Source: Octopus sinensis (Eukaryota). From it: DNA of 7,068 nt. The notes below the pieces were generated by a model. It searched no databases and had not been told where the DNA came from. It saw nothing but the letters and a program-made list of their open reading frames with translations. A program made the position numbers and the translations under genes. Numbering within the stretch: the stretch's first letter is position 1; every line of letters starts with the position of its first letter. Shown one piece after another: positions 1 to 6,661 of the stretch. The stretch spans positions 1 through 7,068 of the forward strand of contig NW_021829009.1 in the NCBI RefSeq assembly GCF_006345805.1. Direction: 5' to 3'.

Positions 1-527
1 AGCAGGGAGGATGCCACATCTTTGACCAGCCAATATGAAGCGGAGAAAAGATTGAGCCAATGAGATGGTGGAGAGGCCATTAGCATTTGCAGACACTGTC
101 ATATTCTCTGATGAGTCCAGATTTGCTGTATTTCCTAACAGTGGTCGAGTGTGGGTCTGGAGACTCTGTGATCAAGAATTAGATGTGAAAAGATTGCAAC
201 CAGCAATTCTGTGATGGTCTGGGGAACAATTTGGAGCAATGGTTGATCAGAGCTGGTGGAGTATGAACGAAAAATAAACACAAATAAATATGTGTCCATG
301 TTGCAAGCCCGTCACCAGATATGAACCCTATAGAACACCTCTGGGGCATAATGGACAGGACATTTCATAAACAGAACAAGAAAGCATCTTCAAAGCCAGA
401 ACTTTTGAGATTATTGCATGAAACTTTGCAAGAAATTCCGCAAGAGAATATTCATCATCTGATCAGGAACATGCCTATAAGAGCCCTTGCATTTTAAAAG
501 GCAAAGAGCATGTCTACTAAATATTAA
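1..527 (+). pseudogene. Decayed Tc1/mariner (Tc1-type DDE) transposase, C-terminal catalytic domain; 5' part lies outside the window
   Basis: Manual translation over three frames. Frame 2 gives TVIFSDESRF..GRVWVWR (FSDES at 104-118, first catalytic D). Frame 1 gives SVMVWGTIW (from 208). Frame 3 gives SPDMNPIEHLWG (from 312, catalytic E) through LIRNMP..KAKSMSTKY* (stop 525-527). In-frame stops and two frameshifts are present, and the block with the second catalytic D (QDNA-type) is missing near 308. Confidence 0.93.
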
Positions 528-585
528 ATACATTATTTACATTATTTACAATTGACGGATATTTGTCCTCATCTAGTTTGTTGTT

Positions 586-631
586 AACACAAAGTTTCGG
601 CTGATAGACCCTCCAGCCTTCATCAGGTGTC
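586..631 (-). ncRNA. Minimal type I hammerhead ribozyme motif (possibly inactive copy)
   Basis: Minus-strand RNA reads GACAC-CUGAUGA-A-GGCUG-gagggucuau-CAGCC-GAAAC-UUU-GUGUU. Stem I is GACAC/GUGUU, stem II is GGCUG/CAGCC, and both core boxes are intact. There is an extra A after A9, and stem III is nearly absent (AACUUU, one change from the palindrome AACGUU). Confidence 0.65.
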
Positions 632-678
632 TTGGGAAAATTTCGAACCTAGGTTCTCATTCCTAAGGTATTTTTCGA

Positions 679-695
679 TGTTGTTGTTGTTGTTC

Positions 696-730
<35 letters not shown>
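679..730. repeat. (GTT)n-(ATT)n compound microsatellite
   Basis: Read directly from the sequence. Confidence 0.97.
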
Positions 731-753
731 GATCAGGTCAGATATGTAAAAGT

Positions 754-877
754 ATACACATACATACAAACATACGTATGTACATACATACGTACATACA
801 TACATACATACATACATACATACATACATACATACACACACATATGTATATGCATACGCATACGCACATACATGCAT
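754..877. repeat. (TACA)n microsatellite with variants
   Basis: Read directly from the sequence; explains most of ORF 623..877. Confidence 0.97.
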
Positions 878-884
878 ATTTTTG

Positions 885-923
885 ATAAAGCATATTACTC
901 TACCTCTAGTAGAATAATATGCT
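885..923. repeat. Fold-back inverted repeat built from a fragment of the element at 2685-2820
   Basis: AGCATATTACTCTAC (889-903) and GTAGAATAATATGCT (909-923) pair at 14/15 positions with a 5-nt loop. 885-911 matches 2760-2786 at 24/27. Confidence 0.8.
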
Positions 924-950
924 CACTGCTCTCTACCAGTTGGTACTCGT

Positions 951-980
951 TTGGTTGGTTGGTTGCTTGGTTGGTTGGTT
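951..980. repeat. (TTGG)n microsatellite
   Basis: About 7 units with one variant. Confidence 0.92.
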
Positions 981-1109
981 TCTCCGATCACACTTTAGAT
1001 CGCATAAACAGCAAAAAGAGACTAAAAGGAAGATACAGAGAAAGTTAAAATAAGAGGTACTGAAAGAGTGTACGTAATAGGCTTGGTGACGAGAGGAAAC
1101 AAGAAATGA

Positions 1110-1558
1110 CGGATCTTTTCGCTTTAAACGGCAGTTTTTTCTAGCGGTGTCATATAAAATTGTCACCCATAATTATGACCCTAGTATCGATCTATTGCAT
1201 TTCAATCTGTTTTAGGGTTAGGGTTAGTTAGGACTAGTTAGGGTTAGTTAGGGTTAGGGTGGGAGGAAGGGTATCTTTTTTTCTTCACAAATGTAAATAA
1301 ACCCAATCTGTTTCTTAAACGAGGGACATATTCATACGACACAGAATGTATTTTACCTCAATGGACGTCATTGATTGGTTGAAATTGCAGAAATTGAAGA
1401 AAAAACAACAACAAATATCTTAAAAACTATAGAATTTTCTCAATAAAGCCAAGAGAAAAAGATGTTTTACAAACACATTCTACCAGTATACGAAGTTTAA
1501 AATTTTTTAGTTACCTAGAAATTATGTTAAAAACTGCCGGTCAAACCTAAAAGATCCG
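1110..1558. mobile_element. Non-autonomous TIR DNA transposon (MITE), superfamily unassigned
   Basis: Left TIR CGGATCTTTTCGCTTTAAACGGCAGTTTTT (1110-1139) matches the reverse complement of 1529-1558, CGGATCTTTTAGGTTTGACCGGCAGTTTTT, at 26/30. Flanks AAATGA (1104-1109) and AAATTA (1559-1564) suggest a 6-bp TSD with one mismatch. No coding capacity. Confidence 0.88.
1212..1263 (+). repeat. Telomere-like TTAGGG/TTAG array inside the MITE
   Basis: Five exact TTAGGG units (1212, 1218, 1238, 1248, 1254) interspersed with TTAG, TTAGGA and CTAG. Confidence 0.9.
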
Positions 1559-1676
1559 AAATTACAAATAACAAAGTAATTATAGAAGGATTCGTACAAA
1601 TGAGTATTTTTTTAAATTTAAATTTATTTCGAAGAAGTACATAGTTTTCTTTTGAAAATTGTAGTTCATTTCATCA

Positions 1677-2071
1677 TCTCTCTCTATATAAACGGCAGTT
1701 TGTCTGTGCGTTTTCTGTGTGTCTGTTTTCTCGTACCCTCACTCTGACCACGGCTTTCAACCGATTCTGATGAAACTTGACACACACATAGCCCAATGTC
1801 ATAATTCAAAACTAACGCAGCGAAAATTTTGAAAAGTTCCCCCAGTTCTGAAAAAAATCGATAAATTCGACATGGGGTCGAGAATCAGAAACCCAAACCA
1901 CAGACCGTCTACGGGACGCAACTCCACCTTTTTTAACTCTCAAAAAAATTTACCATCATTTTTTTTTCCATTTTTTTGCTATTTTTTTGCTATTTTTTGG
2001 CTATAACTCTCTAAAAATGCTTTATAGTTATTTCCCTTACAAACCTGAGCAACGCCGGGCGATACTGCTAG
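1677..2071 (+). mobile_element. Non-autonomous Helitron (~395 bp)
   Basis: 5' end A|TC(TC)nTATATAAA. 3' GC-rich hairpin CCTGAGC-AAC-GCCGGG (2044-2059), an 8-nt spacer, then CTAG|T (2068-2071). This is consistent with insertion in an AT dinucleotide without a TSD. Internal AACCGATTCTGATGAAACTTG and ATTTTTTTGCT tandem units (~1970-2002). The exact 5' TC is ambiguous within the TC run. Confidence 0.82.
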
Positions 2072-2157
2072 TTTTGTATAAGCACCAAGAAATTTGATAC
2101 AAGTTAAATTATAATGATTGTATGAAAGCCATATTTTCTAACATTATGCGTAGTGGC

Positions 2158-2207
2158 GAAAGTATACTTTCCGAAATTACTCGTCATATGGCGAATGACA
2201 AAACTAG
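2158..2207 (+). mobile_element. Second Helitron-like 3' terminus
   Basis: Near-palindrome TCGTCATATGGCGA (2181-2194), a 9-nt spacer, then CTAG|T (2204-2207). It is preceded by the perfect 14-bp palindrome GAAAGTATACTTTC (2158-2171). Confidence 0.45.
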
Positions 2208-2262
2208 TATTTATATATGTATATTAACTTCACTAGCTTAAATAAAACTCATTGTGTACATA

Positions 2263-2288
2263 TCTCACTCTCCCACTCACTCTCTCTC

Positions 2289-2363
<75 letters not shown>

Positions 2364-2412
2364 TGTGTGTGTGCGCGCGCGCGCGTGTGTGTGTGTGTGT
2401 GTGTGTATGTAT
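2263..2412. repeat. Compound (TC)n-(TA)n-(TG)n-(CG)6-(TG)n microsatellite
   Basis: Read directly from the sequence; (CG)6 at 2374-2385. Source of several spurious ORFs. Confidence 0.97.
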
Positions 2413-2535
2413 AAAAATACAAACTGGGACAAGAACGGAAAACATTTAGGAGACGATACAAAAAACACGGACGGGACATTCGAAGCCTTCAATCTTCAGT
2501 CAAGAACCGGATCATCCTCGCAATTTCGGCTGATA
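2413..2535 (-). mobile_element. Complex island between microsatellites, probably a retroelement terminal fragment
   Basis: Sharp microsatellite borders on both sides. The minus strand carries AUCAGCCGAAA (TTTCGGCTGATA at 2524-2535 is identical to 595-606) and CUGAAGA (2493-2499). Family not identifiable from the window alone. Confidence 0.4.
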
Positions 2536-2684
2536 CATATATATATGTATGTATACACAAACACACACACACATATGTATATATGCATGTATGTATGTAT
2601 GTATGTATGTATGTATGTATGTATGTATGTATGTATGTATGTATGTATGTATGTATGTGTGTGTGTATGTATGTATGTATGTAT
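2536..2684. repeat. (TA)/(CA)/(TATG)n microsatellite
   Basis: Read directly from the sequence. Confidence 0.97.
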
Positions 2685-2820
2685 AAAGACAAAACTGTCC
2701 GACGAACGGCAACGTGAAACTCTGAGTAACAGTTTTTGTGATATTTTTGCTGCTTTCTAATAAATCATATTACTCTACCTATGGTATTCGAGTATTATTT
2801 TTTTCCTCCTTGTTTCACAT
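2685..2820 (+). mobile_element. Putative Penelope-like pseudo-LTR/3' terminal fragment
   Basis: HHR fold followed by AATAAA (2759-2764) and a T-rich stretch. It is embedded in microsatellites, co-oriented with the PLE ORF remnant at 2877, and partly duplicated at 885-911. Confidence 0.6.
2691..2736 (+). ncRNA. Minimal type I hammerhead ribozyme motif with a U4C core variant
   Basis: AAAACUGU-CCGACGA-ACG(GCAA)CGU-GAAAC-UCUGA-GUA-ACAGUUUU. Perfect 8-bp stem I (2691-2698/2729-2736), 3-bp stem II with a GNRA loop, self-complementary stem III ACUC-U-GAGU, and cleavage triplet GUA (cut after 2728). The core differs from CUGANGA only at 2700. Confidence 0.8.
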
Positions 2821-2877
2821 TTATATATATTAATATATATATATAATATATATATATTTATATATATATATATATAT
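2821..2877. repeat. (TA)n microsatellite
   Basis: Read directly from the sequence. Confidence 0.97.
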
Positions 2878-3377
2878 CCACCTCCATCCACTACAAACAC
2901 ACAGACTCCACTCATGCCTCAACTTCTCCTCCTCCCACCCTAAACACGCCAAGCTTTCCATCCTCCGTCTACGCAGGCTCTGTAGTGACGACCATGATTT
3001 TGAAACTCAGTTTCAACTCATAGCTCGCCACTTCATCCTACGTGGATATCCCCTCACCACTATCCACACCGCTCTTGCTAGAGTATGTTCCGTGGATCGT
3101 ACATCTGCTCTCTCCCCCCTCACCTGCCCCGCCGTCTCCCGTTTCCCCCTCACCTACCAACCCCACACCACCGCTCCAACGCACAATCCTCCGAGCCTTC
3201 CGGCGACTCCAGTCCGACCCCTCCACTTCGCACATCTTCCCTAACCGACTCCTCCCCTCTTTCAAACGAACTCACAACCTACGAGGCCTCTTGGTCCACA
3301 GCTTCTACCCTAACACAACCTCCTAACCCGGCTCGTTCCCCTGCTCCCACCCACGCTGCCGCACTTGCCCTTTTTTC
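2877..3377 (+). pseudogene. Decayed Penelope-like element ORF fragment (RT thumb/C-terminal region plus Cys-rich linker preceding GIY-YIG), Neptune-type
   Basis: Translation across frameshifts gives TSIHYKHTDS / HSCLNFSSSHPKHAKLSI-LRLRRLCSDDHDF..HFILRGYP..FPLTYQP / LQRTILRAFRRLQSDPSTSHIFPNRLLPSFKRTHNLRGLLVHS..* PGSFPCSHPRCRTCPF. This matches the PLE motifs YxKPTD, SxHP, LRxRRICS, RGYP, LTYHP, R..NLR..LV and Cx4Cx2C. The strand is strongly C-rich, the PYSQF-type segment is missing, and there is a stop at 3324-3326. Confidence 0.9.
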
Positions 3378-3480
3378 TATGTTTTGTATAATGTTTTGCT
3401 GTACATTAAGGCCTCAAATTAAATTTATGCAACGATCGGATATACGTATATTGCCGTTCTGTTTTCAGTGTTATACATGA

Positions 3481-3506
3481 GTGTGTTTGTGTGTGTTTGT
3501 GTATGT

Positions 3507-3568
<62 letters not shown>

Positions 3569-3631
3569 TATATCACTGGCTCTGGAGGTGTATCTTCGCG
3601 CATATATTACAAACACATACACACACACACA
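3481..3631. repeat. (TG)n tract (3481-3568), short unique spacer, then (CA)n tract (~3610-3631)
   Basis: Read directly from the sequence. Confidence 0.93.
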
Positions 3632-3633
3632 TG

Positions 3634-3842
3634 CCTTTCCACAAGAGGAACAAAGTCTGAACATTTGGGTGAGCGGATACTCGACTACATCGACCCCAGT
3701 GTTCGACTGGTACTTATTTCAACGGTCCTGAAAGGATGAAAGGCAAAGTCAACCTCGGCGGAATTTTAATTCAGCATGTAAAGAGCCTGAGAAATAACGC
3801 TAAGCATTTGTCCGGAGTGCTAGCGATTCTCCAGTTCGCCTT
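3634..3842 (-). mobile_element. tRNA-derived SINE, family A (Meta/MESC-like central domain), near full length
   Basis: Reverse complement reads GGCGAACTGGAGAATCGCTAGC..TATTTCTCAGGCTCTTTACAT..CCGAGGTTGACTTTGCCTTTCATCCTTTC..AAATAAGTACCAGTCGAACACTGG. It aligns by eye with 4713-4860 and 6662-6887. The domain name is from recall. Confidence 0.88.
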
Positions 3843-4006
3843 ATGTATATTATATATATATTATATATAATATATATATTATATATATATATATCACGTG
3901 ACCGACCAGGCTGTCAGATGTTGCTACACATCGCTGGTCACAATGCGCTCACATTGTTTTAGCCTTCAAATGACGCACCCCGCTGGCTAAGCGTGCAGGC
4001 CAATAT

Positions 4007-4048
<42 letters not shown>
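3843..4048. repeat. (TA)n microsatellite split by a ~108-bp GC-richer island (3895-4002)
   Basis: TA runs at 3843-3894 and 4003-4048. The island is probably a repeat fragment. Confidence 0.9.
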
Positions 4049-4051
<3 letters not shown>

Positions 4052-4097
4052 ATGCCAAATGAAGCACTGAACGAACTCATTTCATATTCTGTAAAGT

Positions 4098-4185
4098 TCA
4101 CACGCACACGCGTGCGTACATACTCATTATTAAGACGATCGATAAAAAATGGCGGGTCGCCATATGGAGTTGTTTATCATGTAGG
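4098..4185 (+). promoter_or_regulatory. Possible promoter-like element with paired YY1-type cores
   Basis: AAAAATGGCGG followed by the inverted core CGCCAT (ATGGCG 4149-4154, CGCCAT 4158-4163) in locally CpG-containing, apparently non-repeat DNA. Motif match only. Confidence 0.2.
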
Positions 4186-4712
4186 TTTTTTTTTTTTGTT
4201 TTGCTTTCTCTTCAATCACATGTGTTGCTTCTGTGTAATTTAAGTGGTTATATTTTAACTTGAACACGAGCCCTGATACATATTGACATATAAAATATCT
4301 AAAAGTAGACAGCATTGTGCGATGGGACAGCAAACTGTAATCGAAGCCTTCAAATGTGTTGAGCTTGCAATGGTTGCTCTTATTGATTTTAGGCTTACGC
4401 TGGACGAGAGAGGAGCGAGGTGTATATTCGATTACAATACTTGATAGATATTCTAGTTTATAGGTGGAGTTTTGGAATAGCTGTCTCTTGAATTCCTTTA
4501 TCTCATAGGAAAGGTAAAGGTACGGAATCGTTTGAAAAAATGTGGAATGTTAAAATTTGGGATATACAATTTTGTTTCAAAATTGAAAATCGTAATTTCC
4601 GTGGAAGGAAACACATTGCTTAGTCTAAAGTCTGTCAAGAGACCTAGGACTCGTAAGGCCGATGTCCAGAAGAAAAAAAGTCACATTTTATTCAAATTTT
4701 CTATTGTTCCAT

Positions 4713-4860
4713 CGGTTAGCTAATATAATCATTTGTAGGCCGGACGAAATGTTTAGCGATATTACGTCCGTCCTTAAACCGAAGTTGACTTTGCTTTCAT
4801 CCTTTCGGAGTTGATAAAATAAGTACCAGTTGAACACTGGTGTCAACATAATTGACTTAA
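4713..4860 (+). mobile_element. SINE family A copy with internal deletion of the B-box region
   Basis: CCGGACGAAATGTTTAGCG..CCGAAGTTGACTTTGCTTTCATCCTTTCGGAGTTGATAAAATAAGTACCAGTTGAACACTGG is homologous to 3634-3842 and 6662-6887. The TTCTGAGTTCAAAT segment is absent near 4775. Confidence 0.87.
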
Positions 4861-5734
4861 CTACTCTTGGGTACGAGTATAAAAACTGCATTCCTCTGCC
4901 AAGCGATGTCGAGCCAGTGTAGCTGAGTAAGATCGTCGAATCAGTTTGATTTCAAGCTCAAATTCACGGGTCTCCGCATCAGACTACAGTTGAAGAGAAC
5001 ATGCTGAGGTTTTCGGCTGCAGTGGACTTAACATGATCAAGCCAATCCGATCCAATTATAAACAATTAAAGTAATATAATAAACAGATATTTTTTAATCA
5101 TTTATTAATTGACAGAACATGACTTTTACACAATTTATATTCGATGGGATTACACATACGTGAAACAAAAAAAAATATCCTTTTATTCGGTTTCTTAAGC
5201 GAAGACAATGAAAGCAAAAAATTAAGTCAGTCATTTGTTGACAATTCATGACATGTACAGATTGAAAACACCTTATGTAGTATCGCGGTATTACATGTAT
5301 ATTCAATATTTTAACGTTCATGACTTAGACAAAAATTCCAGCCGACGCTATGAAGGAACTCTGCCACAGTCTATTGTGTTTCTGTCGAGCAACACACAAA
5401 TTGTGAAAGTGTTCTTGTGGCTGCACGTTTTCCGATATACTTCTCTCGCAACTGTTTGAGCGCGAAGCGCTCCACGCGACCGCAGGTTCGTGAGATGGTT
5501 GTGATCTGAAAACAGTTTTGAGAAGGAACCGGAAAGGGGGATATAAACACGCAATGCGCATGTCAAACAAGTTATATGATGGTCTTATACCACGTTTAAT
5601 ACCTCTTGTTTTTTTCCTATGACTTTTTTTGTTTTGTTTGTCTGAATTTTTAAGGTTTAATCTGGATTCCATAGCGTAGAACGGCTGCGATTACAACTCT
5701 CCCTCAGTCTACAACAGAATTAATTTCCCAGGTA

Positions 5735-5860
5735 TTGTTGCATCTCATTTACAGCTGAGTGTACTGAAGCTATATAAAATGAAGTGCTTTGTTCAAAAAA
5801 AACAAAGTACTGCCTGATCTGGGAATCAAATGCAACACCCTAACTTCTAAGCTACGCGCC
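5735..5860 (-). mobile_element. Degenerate tRNA-derived SINE, family C (CORE-like)
   Basis: Reverse complement begins GGCGCGTAGCTTAGAAGTTAGGGTG (A-box-like), then TTTGATTCCC (decayed B box), TTGAACAAAGCACTT (decayed CCTTGRGCAAGNCACTT core) and CTCAGCTGTAAATGAG. Confidence 0.7.
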
Positions 5861-5983
5861 AGGAAGTACATTAGTACTAAAGGAAAAAAAAAAGAAGAAA
5901 ACTATCCCTTTCCCTTTCCTGCGAGGTAAGGGATTTCGAGGGACAGCGATTCCAAAATTCCGCCTCTTTATCGTCGTTGTATT

Positions 5984-6120
5984 GCTGGAAACGTTAGAGC
6001 GTCGAATAAATATACCTACGGTATTTTTACTTACGATTCTGTACGTTTTGAATTCAAATCCTGCACAGCATAATTTGGCATTTTCAGGGATCGAAAAAAT
6101 AATGGATCAATTAAGTATTG
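5984..6120 (+). mobile_element. Highly degenerate SINE family A copy
   Basis: GAAACGTTAGAGCGTCGAATAAAT..CGGTATTT..TACGTTTTGAATTCAAATCC..GGGATCGAAAAAATAA is colinear with the other family A copies. Confidence 0.6.
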
Positions 6121-6129
6121 CTATAAACT

Positions 6130-6280
6130 TGGCTGTGTGGTTAAGAAGCTCGCTTTGCAAATCACATGGTTTCGAGTTCAGACCCCGCTGCGCGGTACTT
6201 TTGGGAAAGTATCTTCAGTTATAACCCTTGGTCGCCCAATTTCTCGAGTGAAATTGGTAGACGTAAATTGTGTAAGCCTC

Positions 6281-6350
<70 letters not shown>

Positions 6351-6567
6351 ATGTCTTTGTGTTTGCGCTCCCCCACCACCATTTGAGAACCAGTGTTGAT
6401 TTGTTTACGTTAATGTAACTTAGTAGTTCGGTAAAAGACACTGATAGACTAAGTACCAGACTTAAGAAAAAAAAGTTTTGAGGTTGACTTGTTCGATTAA
6501 ACCCGTCGATGTGGTGCCCCAGCATGGCCGCAATCCAAAGACTGAAACAAGTAAAAGATAAAGGATA
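6130..6567 (+). mobile_element. tRNA-derived SINE, family B, near full length with internal (TG)n
   Basis: A box TGGCTGTGTGG (6130-6140) and B-box-like GTTCAGACC (6176-6184). The 5' ~150 bp is homologous to 6896-7068. (TG)n at ~6283-6349. The 3' region ends GGTGCCCCAGCATGGCCGC..ACTGAAACAAGTAAAAGATAAAGGATA. Confidence 0.9.
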
Positions 6568-6661
6568 TTAATATAATGTCTCTAAGATGTGACGGTATTT
6601 ATAATAAAAGAAAGAAAAAGGCATAAAAATGGAAAGTAAAGTCAACCCTACCCTAGAACAT

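Larger units (their letters stand above)
529..740 (-). mobile_element. 5'-truncated SINE-like/retroposon fragment carrying a hammerhead motif
   Basis: On the minus strand, in order: (AAT)n/(AAC)n tract, B-box-like GGTTCGAAAT (640-649), HHR fold (586-631), then a short tandem 3' tail (AATAATGTA)x2 at 529-546. It resembles a repeat I recall from octopus genomes. Boundaries are approximate. Confidence 0.6.

Noticed and set aside
1212-1263. True telomere or chromosome fusion site
   Set aside because: The array is short, degenerate, single-orientation and enclosed within MITE TIRs.
1125-1701. Exact 13-mer TAAACGGCAGTTT shared by the MITE TIR (1125-1137) and the Helitron 5' region (1689-1701)
   Set aside because: The match does not extend, and one 13-mer match is plausible by chance in 7 kb of AT-rich DNA.
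1768-1777. CTGATGAAAC resembling a hammerhead core
   Set aside because: There is no room for stem II between CUGAUGA and GAAAC, and it lies within the Helitron internal motif.
2217-2760. Cluster of overlapping ORFs up to 168 aa
   Set aside because: They are translations of stop-free microsatellites (YI, CV, HT, MYVC runs).
3038-3480. ORFs 3038..3265, 3042..3326 and 3085..3480 as host genes
   Set aside because: They are alternative frames of the frameshifted C-rich PLE remnant. Only the second half of 3042..3326 is in the ancestral frame.
2480-4353. TCGAAGCCTTCAA at 2480-2492 and 4341-4353
   Set aside because: No flanking similarity; compatible with chance.
4861-5035. Minus-strand acceptor-like TTCTCTTCAACTGTAG followed by about 40 open codons (SDAETREFELEIKLIRRS...), plus weak CUGAUG/GAAA words
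   Set aside because: No recognisable protein, no clear donor site, and no valid hammerhead geometry.
5905-5943. Pyrimidine tract, GAG|GTAAGG donor-like site and imperfect hairpin
   Set aside because: Isolated motif between SINEs with no upstream exon evidence.
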